Below, in pieces: positions 26,659-35,759 of a DNA stretch of 64,000 bases. The stretch covers positions 430,934 to 494,933 of the forward strand of contig JBFWNU010000004.1 of NCBI GenBank assembly GCA_050250895.1. The letters are read 5' to 3'. The stretch is from Vulcanimicrobiota bacterium. Its GTDB lineage: Bacteria; Vulcanimicrobiota; Xenobia; Xenobiales; JADMJV01. Every line of letters begins with the position of its first letter. Positions within the stretch are counted from its first letter, which is position 1. A program made the position numbers and the translations under genes. Below the pieces are notes generated by a model that worked only from the letters and a program-made list of their open reading frames with translations, was not told the DNA's origin and ran no database searches.

Positions 26659-27969
26659 TTAGGCGTGGCTGGGCACCAGGGCGGGCTCGACTACTCCGGC
26701 GCAGACACCGAAGCCGATGGAGCGATAGCCCTCGCGCTGGCAGCGTCCTCGCAAGATCACTTCGTCGCCATCGAGCAGGAAGGTGCGCTTCTCGCCAGTG
26801 GGCAATTCGAGTTGTTTGCGAGGCTGGTCGGGTCCGTCCCAGGTCAGCTCTAGCAGACAGCCACGCGACCCGGGCTCGGGCCCGCTGACCGTGCCGCTGG
26901 CCAGCAGGTCGCCGGGGTTGAGCGCGCAGCCGTTCGAGGCGTGGTGAGTCACCATCTGAGCCACGGTCCAGTACATGTGGCGAAAGCTTCCCTGGCTCAA
27001 CCGCATCGGCTCGAGGTTGCGCTCGGCCATCTGAGCCGACCGCAGCAGCACTTCAAGAGTGATGTCGACCCCGCCTCGCGCCTGGTCCTGAGGGTCGGCC
27101 AGGTAAGGGAGAGGAGCGGGGTCCCCCTCGGGCCGCTCGAAAGCGGGGCAGCGGAAGGGAGCCAGCGCCTCCATGGTGACCACGAAAGGGCTGACGGTGG
27201 TGCAGAAACTCTTGGCCAGGAAGGGCCCCAGCGGCTGGTATTCCCAGCGCTGAATATCGCGAGCCGACCAATCGTTGACCAGACACAGCCCGAAGAGATG
27301 GTCTTCGGCCTGGCCGATGGCCACGGTCTCACCCATCGGGTTCGGCTTGCCCACGTAGACCCCGACCTCGAGTTCATAGTCCATCAGCTTGGACGGCTCG
27401 CGCACGGGGGCGGCATCGCCAGCCTGGAGCTGGCCGCTGGGTCGGCGCACCGGCGTGCCGCTGGGGACCACGGTCGAGGCCCGGCCGTGGTAGGCTACCG
27501 GCACGTATTTCCAGTTGGGCAACAGGGGATTGTCAGGACGAAACATCGAGCCGACGTTGGTAGCGTGGTGCACCGAGGCGTAAAAGTCGGTGTAATCGCC
27601 GATCTCGAAGGGGCACAGATACTTCATACCCTGTTGGGGCCGCAGGGCTTTGGCGCGCAACGCGCTGTGGTCGCGCAGCTCTGGATTGTCAGCCCGCAAC
27701 AACTGGCTCAAGCGTAGGCGCAGAGCCTGCCGCTGACCGGAAGCGGCGAACTCGTTGAGGGAACCCGTCAGCAGCCCCGGCGCCTCGACCAATCCCGCCG
27801 ACGCCAATTCGTAAAGGTCGAGAATCTGGTCCTCGATGGCCACTCCCAGACGGGCTTTGCCCTCATGCAAGAAACGGCAGAACGGCAAGTTCTGGATGGG
27901 AAAGTCGGTAGCCTGGGCGGGCTCTACCCAGCTGGTTAGATTCGGGTCATGGGTCGCGTCGATATTCAA
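26659..27969 (-). CDS. fahA: Fumarylacetoacetase
   Basis: DFPIQNLPF, GDYTDFYAS.HHATNVG, YHGRAST, DYELE, NDWSARDIQ.WEYQPLGPF. Confidence 0.93.
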   Translation of the reverse strand: MNIDATHDPNLTSWVEPAQATDFPIQNLPFCRFLHEGKARLGVAIEDQILDLYELASAGLVEAPGLLTGSLNEFAASGQRQALRLRLSQLLRADNPELRDHSALRAKALRPQQGMKYLCPFEIGDYTDFYASVHHATNVGSMFRPDNPLLPNWKYVPVAYHGRASTVVPSGTPVRRPSGQLQAGDAAPVREPSKLMDYELEVGVYVGKPNPMGETVAIGQAEDHLFGLCLVNDWSARDIQRWEYQPLGPFLAKSFCTTVSPFVVTMEALAPFRCPAFERPEGDPAPLPYLADPQDQARGGVDITLEVLLRSAQMAERNLEPMRLSQGSFRHMYWTVAQMVTHHASNGCALNPGDLLASGTVSGPEPGSRGCLLELTWDGPDQPRKQLELPTGEKRTFLLDGDEVILRGRCQREGYRSIGFGVCAGVVEPALVPSHA

Positions 27970-28037
27970 GAGAAGCCTCCGGGAAAGTGGGTATCAAAGA
28001 CTCCCTTTCCCGCTGGCCCCCAGACCGAAACCGAGGC

Positions 28038-28871
28038 CTAAAGCCAGCCGAGTTGCTCGAGGTCCTGCAAAGGCTCGACAAACGAGCAGGAGCCAAAGCT
28101 CCGCAAACGCTGGCGATGACTCTCGAGCTGCGCCAGGCTGACCTCGAGATCGCGCCAGCTGGCCCCCTGCTCCTCGAAACGAAAAGCCCCGGGGTCAGAG
28201 TCCGCCAGCACCTCGACCAGCCTGGGGGCGGGCGCCACCGCGGGCCCGAGAAAGAGATTGACGAAGCCGTGCATGGCAGCCGTTCCCCCTTCGACCGGTC
28301 GCAGACCGGGCAGGGGATGGTGAAGGCCGGCGGTGGCTTTGAGGGCAACTCCCGCCTGGGCGCAGGCCGTCACCAGGGCGGCCACCCGCTCGACCGTGGG
28401 GAAGTTCTCGGGCGAAAGCCCTCCCGTTCTGAGCTTGGCCGCCGCGCCAAGCTTGGCCACCTGGGCCACGAAAGCCTCGATGGGTTCATCCGAGCCGAGC
28501 TCAAGGTAAAGCTCCACCTCGTCTAGCTCCAGAGGCGCGACGGGGCGCGCTTGCGATTCGATGGCCACGACCCGGACCTTGCCGCCGGCCGTGACGGCTC
28601 GCACCCGCTCCAGGGTCTCGTCGAGAGGTAAAGTGGCGATGGCCGACACCTCCCAGAGGTCATCGTCGGGCCCAAGGTGTTCGACCAATTCTTCGAGGCG
28701 ATTGACCGGACACACGAACGTGCCCAGGGCCCAGCTGTAGGGACCGCTCTGATAGCTTCGATAATCGGCCACCGCCCGGGCCATGTCCTGGCGGGCTGGG
28801 GGAAACAAGCCGGCATAATCGATCAGCTTGGAAAGAAGAACCTTGAGAGAGTCGGTAGCCGTCACATTCAT
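28038..28871 (-). CDS. Conserved hypothetical protein upstream of fahA
   Basis: LIDYAGLFPPA, KLRTGG, KATAGLHHP, MHGFVN, SFGSCSF. Confidence 0.75.
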   Translation of the reverse strand: MNVTATDSLKVLLSKLIDYAGLFPPARQDMARAVADYRSYQSGPYSWALGTFVCPVNRLEELVEHLGPDDDLWEVSAIATLPLDETLERVRAVTAGGKVRVVAIESQARPVAPLELDEVELYLELGSDEPIEAFVAQVAKLGAAAKLRTGGLSPENFPTVERVAALVTACAQAGVALKATAGLHHPLPGLRPVEGGTAAMHGFVNLFLGPAVAPAPRLVEVLADSDPGAFRFEEQGASWRDLEVSLAQLESHRQRLRSFGSCSFVEPLQDLEQLGWL

Positions 28872-28913
28872 GCTGTGAGGTTACCCGACTCTGCTCGACC
28901 CGAATCCTGACCG

Positions 28914-29414
28914 TCAGTCGTAGACCACGCGAATCGGCAAAGAACGCTCGAAGTTGGCGTAGTCGCGCCGGAAGGCGACCTCGTCGCTGGCGCTTTCAAG
29001 CCCGAAAGTGATCTGTTCGGCCTCATGCCCGCGCACCGTGGGGACGAGGCTAGCCAGGCTCAGGGCCACACCGCCCCCCACGCCGCCAATCAGGGCCGGG
29101 GTCGAAGCCCATTCGGGGCCAAAGACGGCGGCCGCCGCACCGGCCAGGGTCAGAGCCATCCCTCCCAGACGCATGGCTGTCCCTGTGGCCTGGTCGGCCG
29201 CGGCCTGATCTCCGAGAGAGCGACAGATGAATTCGCGGCTCTGTCCGCTCAGGGCCTTGAGCCGATCGTTCCAGGCGGAATCTCCGCGCTCACTAGAAAG
29301 GACAATGTCCAGATGCGAAGGGTCGGCTTCGTAGAGTTCGATGTCGAGCCGGGGACGCCCGATCTCGGGTCCGATCCGCAACCGGCTGGGGGGGTGATTA
29401 TTTAAAACGTTCAT
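28914..29414 (-). CDS. Hypothetical membrane protein
   Basis: Two Gly/Ala-rich hydrophobic segments. AGGAG upstream of ATG 29414. Confidence 0.6.
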   Translation of the reverse strand: MNVLNNHPPSRLRIGPEIGRPRLDIELYEADPSHLDIVLSSERGDSAWNDRLKALSGQSREFICRSLGDQAAADQATGTAMRLGGMALTLAGAAAAVFGPEWASTPALIGGVGGGVALSLASLVPTVRGHEAEQITFGLESASDEVAFRRDYANFERSLPIRVVYD

Positions 29415-29465
29415 GGCGTGATACACTCCTGCCACTACAACCTAACAACCCACCCTGAAAATTTC

Positions 29466-29888
29466 TTACACCTGCTCAGGATCCGAGCCTCGCAGCCCGT
29501 AGAGCAAAAGCCCGACGCCGGCCAGGGCGGCTGCCGACAGCGAGTATAACAAGAACGCGACCAGGGCTTCCTGCGGCCCGTCGGCGGCCGGTTCGCCCCC
29601 GGCGATTGGCATCAAGCGGGTCGCCCGCCAGTAGGCCCCCAGCAAGGTGCCGATCCAATTGGCGTAGTTGGCGTAAATGATCAAACCCTTCGCCAGCTTT
29701 CCCTGCAGCTCGGTCAACCGGAAGAGGCTCCAGGATACGGCCACCAGACCGATGAGAAGCCCTCCCTCGACGGCCACCAGATGGGCCGACAGTCCCAGCC
29801 GAGGGCGGGCCATGGTGGGAATCAGGATTCCGCCGAAGAGACCCAGCAAGATCAATAAGAGTCCAGCACGCAGCAAGTTTCTGTCCAT
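29466..29888 (-). CDS. Four-helix membrane protein (StyC-like fold suspected)
   Basis: PRLGLSAHL motif with a membrane His; 4 TM segments. Confidence 0.6.
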   Translation of the reverse strand: MDRNLLRAGLLLILLGLFGGILIPTMARPRLGLSAHLVAVEGGLLIGLVAVSWSLFRLTELQGKLAKGLIIYANYANWIGTLLGAYWRATRLMPIAGGEPAADGPQEALVAFLLYSLSAAALAGVGLLLYGLRGSDPEQV

Positions 29889-30032
29889 CTCCGAGCATTC
29901 CTCGACCGGCTCCGGCCGCCTGCTCGTTGGGGGCGCGCCCGCCCCCGCCCGACCGCCCTAAGTTAACAATCTCGTAGCAAGCCCGCCCCCCAGGCCCGAT
30001 AGTATCGCAAGCAACACCCACAGGAGACCGCT

Positions 30033-32156
30033 ATGAGGATTTCACCGAGCCAGCTGCCCTCGACGCAGCCGCGGCGAAAAACCAGGCGGTCCGACCTGAT
30101 GCTCTCCACCACCACCGACCAGCTGTCCAGCAGGGGGTTGCCGCCGCGCATCGCCATGGCCAGCCCAGAGAAAGTCGCCGCCCTGGCCAAGCAGCTCGAG
30201 GGGGTGGAACACGAGCCCGGCCAGGTGCTGGTGCGCTTCCACCGCCCCGTCGATGTCCAGGCCGACTACGGCGCCAGCCTGGTCGAGCGGTTCGACCTGC
30301 CAGGACTGGTGCGGCTAGAAGTTCCCGCCGGCATCGAGCTGGCCGAAGCCCTGGTTGCCCTGCGCGACGATCCGCGAGTAGCCTACGCCGAGCCCAATCA
30401 CCTGGCCCACCTGGCCAACCAGCCCAACGACCTGATTCCCCAGCTGTGGAACCTCGACAACCAGGGCCAGAGCGGCGGCGCCCCCGGGGCCGACATCAGC
30501 GCCCTCGAGGCCTGGAAGGTCTCCACCGGCGACCATCAGACGGCGCCCCTGGTGGCCATTATCGACACCGGCGTCGACTACACCCACCCCGACTTGCGGG
30601 CCAACATCTGGAAGAACCCCGGCGAGGTTCCCGATGACGGGATCGACAACGACCACAACGGGGTGATCGACGACTATCACGGCTTCAACGCTATCGACGA
30701 AGACGGCGACCCCCAAGACGTGCACGGCCACGGGACCCATGTGGCCGGCACGATCGCGGCCGAAGGAAACAACCACTTCGGCGTGGTGGGAGTGGCCTGG
30801 CAGGCCAACCTGATGCCGATTCGGGTCTTCAACGAGCATGGCGTGGCCAGCGCCGCCACCATTTTGCGCGGTATTCTCTACGCGGCCAGGATGGGAGCCG
30901 AGGTCACCAACAACAGCTGGACCTCGGTGCTACCCAACCAGGCCGTCAAAGACGCCTTTGCCTCTTGGGACGCCCTGCACATCTGCGCGGCCGGCAATAA
31001 CAACTACTTCACCGACCGCCAACCCGCCTATCCGATGGGTTACGATTTACCCAACATCGTCTCGGTGGGGGCCACCGACCACAACGACCAGCGGTCGGCC
31101 TTCTCGAACTATGGCCCCAAAAGCGTCGACGTGATGGCTCCTGGCACCGACATCTTCTCGACCTTGCCGGGGGGCAACTACGGACGGATGAGCGGCACCT
31201 CGATGGCCACTCCGCATGTGACCGGGCTGGTCAGCTTGATCAAGGGCGCCCACCCGGGCATCACCAACCAGCAAGTGCTCGACCGCCTGCGGTTCTCGAG
31301 TGACCCGGTCGTAGCCCTGGCCGAGACCAGCGGCAGCGGCGGGCGAATCAATGCCGGTCGGGCCGTCGAGCATGACACAGTGGCTCCGGCCGCGCCCAAC
31401 GACTTTGGGGTGAGCCAGGCCACTTCGCGCCGGGTCGAGCTGGGCTGGACGGCCAGTGGCGACGACGGCTGGTGCCACGGCCCGGCCGTTGGCTATGAGG
31501 TGCACTTGAGCGAGCGTCCGCTCGAGCAACTCGATGCAGGCAACCTGGTCAGTCAGGGCAGGCTCGGGGCTACCGGCCAGCTCGAATCGGTGAGGTTGCC
31601 ATTCGCGGTCGACGACCAGCACGACCGCACTTACTATGCCGCCATGCAAATGGTCGACAAGGTCGGCAATCGCTCCGAGGCGCGCCTGACCAGCTTTGTC
31701 GTTCCGGCCGCTCGCACCCATCTGAGCGATGACTTCGATGGCGAGCTCAAGGGGTGGACCGCCGAGGGCAGCTGGCAAAGGGCGGCCGTGGAAGGCCGAG
31801 GCCTGGTGTGGAAATCCAACCAGGACCACTATGACCACAACCTGAGCATGAGCCTGATGAGCCCGGTCATCGACCTCCGCCAGGCCCGCGGTTCGCTGCT
31901 GACCTATGAGGCTAGTTACAGCCTGGCCCTCGGCGATGTGGGCTTTGTCGAAGTGACCGACGACGGCGGCCAGAGCTGGACCTCGGTGCGCAGCATGAAT
32001 CGCCTGTCGGGCGACTGGCGTTACTACGAGGTCGATCTGTCGCGCTTTGACGGCCAAGAGGTGCAGGTGCGTTTTCGTCTGCGCAGCAACGGTGAAGAGA
32101 GCGACACCGGCATCATGCTCGATAACTTCCGGCTGCTGTCAGACCGAACCTCGTAA
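30033..32156 (+). CDS. Subtilisin-like S8 serine protease with C-terminal FN3-like and beta-sandwich domains
   Basis: Catalytic triad motifs IIDTG, HGTHVAG, GTSMATPH. RBS AGGAG. Confidence 0.92.
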   Translation: MRISPSQLPSTQPRRKTRRSDLMLSTTTDQLSSRGLPPRIAMASPEKVAALAKQLEGVEHEPGQVLVRFHRPVDVQADYGASLVERFDLPGLVRLEVPAGIELAEALVALRDDPRVAYAEPNHLAHLANQPNDLIPQLWNLDNQGQSGGAPGADISALEAWKVSTGDHQTAPLVAIIDTGVDYTHPDLRANIWKNPGEVPDDGIDNDHNGVIDDYHGFNAIDEDGDPQDVHGHGTHVAGTIAAEGNNHFGVVGVAWQANLMPIRVFNEHGVASAATILRGILYAARMGAEVTNNSWTSVLPNQAVKDAFASWDALHICAAGNNNYFTDRQPAYPMGYDLPNIVSVGATDHNDQRSAFSNYGPKSVDVMAPGTDIFSTLPGGNYGRMSGTSMATPHVTGLVSLIKGAHPGITNQQVLDRLRFSSDPVVALAETSGSGGRINAGRAVEHDTVAPAAPNDFGVSQATSRRVELGWTASGDDGWCHGPAVGYEVHLSERPLEQLDAGNLVSQGRLGATGQLESVRLPFAVDDQHDRTYYAAMQMVDKVGNRSEARLTSFVVPAARTHLSDDFDGELKGWTAEGSWQRAAVEGRGLVWKSNQDHYDHNLSMSLMSPVIDLRQARGSLLTYEASYSLALGDVGFVEVTDDGGQSWTSVRSMNRLSGDWRYYEVDLSRFDGQEVQVRFRLRSNGEESDTGIMLDNFRLLSDRTS

Positions 32157-32158
32157 CC

Positions 32159-33535
32159 TCAGGCGCTGACGCTGGCCTTGCCGAAGTCGTTGAAGCGGGC
32201 GAACTCGGTGATCAGTTTGATGCGCGGCAGGTTGCCCTGGTCGCGGTTGTCGACCACGTATTGGGCCGCCTGCTTGATCTCTTCGTTAGAGAAGGTGTTC
32301 GAGTCGGTCACGAAGGGCACGTGAAAGAAGTGTCGTTTGCTCTCGGTCTCGAGCCCGTAGCGCTCGGGGTGAAGGTCGAACAGCGTGTTAGGATTGCGAT
32401 AGAGCTGCTTGACCTGCAGGTTCGAAGGCCGTAGCTTGATGGCGAAATCGAAGGTCTTCTTGAAGTACTCGAGGTTGTCGCCGGGCAAGCCCACGATGAC
32501 GTCGAGCTGCAGAGCGATGCCGCTCTGATAGAGCTTGTCGGCGATGCGGACATAGTCCTCGTTGGTGACTCCGCTACCCATCAGATAGCGGCTGTCAGGA
32601 GCGATGGTCTGTAGCCCGATCTGGACCCACACAATGTTGGCCTGGGGCAAGAACTCGAGCAACTCGTCCGACAAAAACTCGGGTCGGCACATCACATACA
32701 GATCGGGCCGCCTGAGGTCGAGCCCCGCAAAGTGTGCTTCATAGCCCTGGGCGAACTCTCTGAATCTGCGCCGGTTGACGATGAAGCAGTCGTCGAGCAT
32801 GAAGACGGCCGGCACCTGGCGACGAGCCAGATACTCGAGCTCAGCAAAGACTCGCTCGAGAGAGAAGGTGCGCACGTGCGAGAACTTGACGCTGCGCGAG
32901 CAGAAGTGACACTTGAACGGGCAGCCTCGGGTGGTGGACATGAACACTTGCTGACCGGGGTTGTTGTCGAGGTAAAAGTCGAGGGCTCCGGACAAATAGG
33001 GCGAGGGCAGGTCGTCGAGGTTTTCGACCAAGCCCGGGTCGGGGTTGAACTGCAATTCGCCGTCGGGCTTGCGAAAGACAAAGCCCGGCACCTCGTCAAA
33101 GTCACCTCGCCGATAGAACTCGGCCATGGCCACCTCGGGCTCGCCCCGCAGACAGAAGTCGAGTTCGGCCACGCCCTTGAACATGTTGCGGGCGATCAGG
33201 TCGGTGACCTTATAGCTGTGAAAGCCTACCAGGGTCTGCGGCTTCTGTTTCTTGATCTCGCGCGCCAGCAACACGGCCGCGTTGGCGTAGAACATCATGC
33301 TCCAGAGGATATTGTCGAGCACGAAGATATAGACATCGGCGTCCTTGGCCAGCAGCCCGGCCAGTTCGGCCATCAGGCGTTCCCCCGCCTCGAGGCGCAC
33401 GATGTCGACCGAGGCCTGAGGAAAAGAGTGCAAGATGTTGGCCTTGGCATAGGCCGAATCGAGTGGGGTGTAGGGCCTGTGGCTGTGGGCGAAGTAGGCG
33501 AAGCAGATCTTCTTCGCCGCGTTAGGCCTTGTCAT
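32159..33535 (-). CDS. B12-binding radical SAM protein
   Basis: RGEPE, LDDLPSPY, RGCPFKCHFC (CxxxCxxC), LDDCF, GLQT, IVGLPGD. Start taken at MTRPNAAK. Confidence 0.85.
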   Translation of the reverse strand: MTRPNAAKKICFAYFAHSHRPYTPLDSAYAKANILHSFPQASVDIVRLEAGERLMAELAGLLAKDADVYIFVLDNILWSMMFYANAAVLLAREIKKQKPQTLVGFHSYKVTDLIARNMFKGVAELDFCLRGEPEVAMAEFYRRGDFDEVPGFVFRKPDGELQFNPDPGLVENLDDLPSPYLSGALDFYLDNNPGQQVFMSTTRGCPFKCHFCSRSVKFSHVRTFSLERVFAELEYLARRQVPAVFMLDDCFIVNRRRFREFAQGYEAHFAGLDLRRPDLYVMCRPEFLSDELLEFLPQANIVWVQIGLQTIAPDSRYLMGSGVTNEDYVRIADKLYQSGIALQLDVIVGLPGDNLEYFKKTFDFAIKLRPSNLQVKQLYRNPNTLFDLHPERYGLETESKRHFFHVPFVTDSNTFSNEEIKQAAQYVVDNRDQGNLPRIKLITEFARFNDFGKASVSA

Positions 33536-33711
33536 CACTAGACTTTCTGGGAGCCAGAGAACCGATCCTCCCGCCCCTGGCCACTTCTGACAGATGAACA
33601 AAACGTCGGACAATGTAAACAACGCGTTAACAATCGGCCATCTCAACTCCAAGAGGGCCTCCACTCAGCCGCAGTAGAGTCTTGTCAAGAAGACATCGAG
33701 AGGGATCACAA

Positions 33712-34797
33712 ATGGTCAACGCACACAACACCTTCACCACCCAGCCGGCCCTGCAGACGGGCGGAGCCTTCCAGGCCAACCTTGGTGCAGCCAGCACCGC
33801 CCCCCTGGCTCAGCTGGCTTTTCAGGTCGGCGTGCAGGCCCCTATCAATGCCACCTATCAGGGCTGGAACAGCTTTGCCGGCGGCGGCGCCCAGCTGTTC
33901 GGCGGGCTGCCTTTCAACAGCAACGCGGCCTCGTCGCCCTTCGGCTCGATGGCCCAGATCGGGATGCTCTTCACCCTCATTCAGGCCCTGAGCGCCCTCT
34001 TCCAGAGCAACCAGGTGGCCTCTCCCCAGCCCTATCAGCCCAATCCCTATCAGCCCACCCAGCCCCAGCCGGCCCCCTATCAGGACCTTCACTATCAGCC
34101 TCCCGTCCAGCAGCCGCCCGCGACCAGCTATCAACACGCCGAGGTGAAAGCCGAAGTCAAGCCGGTGGTGCACGAACAAAATCAGGCCGAACTCCGGGCC
34201 CAGATCGAGGCCGAGGTTCGCGTTCAACTAGAACAAGAAGCTCAGGCCCAGGCGCAGCTGAATTTTGGCGGCGGCGACGGTGACGGTGGTGGCGGCGGCG
34301 GTGACGGCAGCCCCATCATCCTCGACCTCAACGGCGACGGCAAGCTCGACGTAACCGGCAAAGGCGGCGACATGATCGACTTCGACCTGTTCGGCAATGG
34401 CAGCCCTATCAAGACCGAGTGGCTCAAAAAGGGCACCCAGGACGGCCTATTGGTAGCCGACTTCAATGGCGACGGCAAGATCGACAGCGGCCGCGAACTG
34501 ATGCGCAACACCGGCGTAAACGGTGAGCAGCACAAATACGCCAACGGTTGGGATAAGCTCGGCAAGCTGTTCGACAAGAACGGCGACGGCAATGTTTCAG
34601 GCGCCGAACTCGACGGCCTGATGGTCTGGGTCGATTCCAACGGCGACGGCATCTCGGACCCCGGTGAGTTGCAGTCAGTGGCTTCGCGCGGTGTGTCTGA
34701 AATCGAGTTGCCCAAAGACGGCGGCCTGATCAGCAACTTCACCATGAACGGCCGTCAGCAGCTGGCCGAGGACTACATTTTCGATATCAAACCCTGA
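33712..34797 (+). CDS. Low-complexity protein with Gly/Asp linker and C-terminal Ca2+-binding FrpC-SPM-like domain
   Basis: GGGDGDGGGGGGDG-SPIILDLNGDG...DGLLVADFNGDGKIDSGREL...VWVDSNGDGISDPGEL. Confidence 0.75.
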   Translation: MVNAHNTFTTQPALQTGGAFQANLGAASTAPLAQLAFQVGVQAPINATYQGWNSFAGGGAQLFGGLPFNSNAASSPFGSMAQIGMLFTLIQALSALFQSNQVASPQPYQPNPYQPTQPQPAPYQDLHYQPPVQQPPATSYQHAEVKAEVKPVVHEQNQAELRAQIEAEVRVQLEQEAQAQAQLNFGGGDGDGGGGGGDGSPIILDLNGDGKLDVTGKGGDMIDFDLFGNGSPIKTEWLKKGTQDGLLVADFNGDGKIDSGRELMRNTGVNGEQHKYANGWDKLGKLFDKNGDGNVSGAELDGLMVWVDSNGDGISDPGELQSVASRGVSEIELPKDGGLISNFTMNGRQQLAEDYIFDIKP

Positions 34798-34832
34798 GGG
34801 AGTTTTGCCAGCCGAAGAGAAGCCTTTGGCCC

Positions 34833-35759
34833 ATGACGGCGCTGGCGGAGTTTTCTTTAGAGAAGCGTATCGGCCGAGGCAGCTACGGCGATATCTTCCT
34901 GGCGGCCGGACCCGATGGGCCGGCCGCCATCAAGGTGTTGCGCGCCGACCGCCAGACCCCCCAGATGACCTCGAGGTTTCGGGCCGAAGTCGCCGCCCTC
35001 GAGAAGGTCTGTGACCACCCCTGGGTCGTCTCGCTGAAATGCCCCCTGCGCGAGGTCGCCGAGGGGGGGATGTACTACGCCATGGAGTACCTACCCGGCG
35101 GAACCCTCGACGACCTGGTGAAGGTCGGCGGTTATGGCTTGAGCCAGGTGCTGGCGGTGGCCGCGGGTCTGGCTGAAGGCCTGGCCAGGATCCACCAGGC
35201 CGGCCTGCTGCACCGCGACCTGTGCCTCAAGAATGTGTTGCTCGACGGCCAGGGTGGGGCTCGCATCAGCGACTTCGGCCTGTGTCGTCCCACCCAGCAA
35301 GACGAAGGCGCCACTCCCGACTTCTGGTTCGCCCACGGCGATCCCGAGTGCGCCTCGCCAGAACGACTGTTTCACATCGAGAGCGGCGAGCTGGGCGATG
35401 TCTATTCGCTGGGCTCGGTCCTCTATTCGCTGTTGACCCGGCGCTCTTTGTTCGCCCTGAGCGAACTGGCCTTTCTCTATTCAATCTACACTCGCCAGGT
35501 CGAGCAGTTTTTTCGCACCTGCATCCAACACCAGCTGCCCTGCCCCACCATCGACTTTCGAGCGGTCTACGACCACTATCTCAAGCGCAGCCCCGAACTC
35601 AAGCTCACCCCGCTGGCGGTCGATGTCCACCGCGACCAGCTGGCCGGCTTGACCGAGGTGGTGGCGGACCTGGTCGAGCCCGACTATTGGCGTCGCCTCA
35701 AGCGCTTCGGCAGCCTCGAGGCGGTGGCCGCCCGTCTGCGCGAACTGGGAGCCCTCTGA
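34833..35759 (+). CDS. Hanks-type protein kinase with atypical catalytic loop
   Basis: IGRGSYG, AAIK, HRDLCLKN, DFG, SPE, DVYSLG. Confidence 0.85.
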   Translation: MTALAEFSLEKRIGRGSYGDIFLAAGPDGPAAIKVLRADRQTPQMTSRFRAEVAALEKVCDHPWVVSLKCPLREVAEGGMYYAMEYLPGGTLDDLVKVGGYGLSQVLAVAAGLAEGLARIHQAGLLHRDLCLKNVLLDGQGGARISDFGLCRPTQQDEGATPDFWFAHGDPECASPERLFHIESGELGDVYSLGSVLYSLLTRRSLFALSELAFLYSIYTRQVEQFFRTCIQHQLPCPTIDFRAVYDHYLKRSPELKLTPLAVDVHRDQLAGLTEVVADLVEPDYWRRLKRFGSLEAVAARLRELGAL

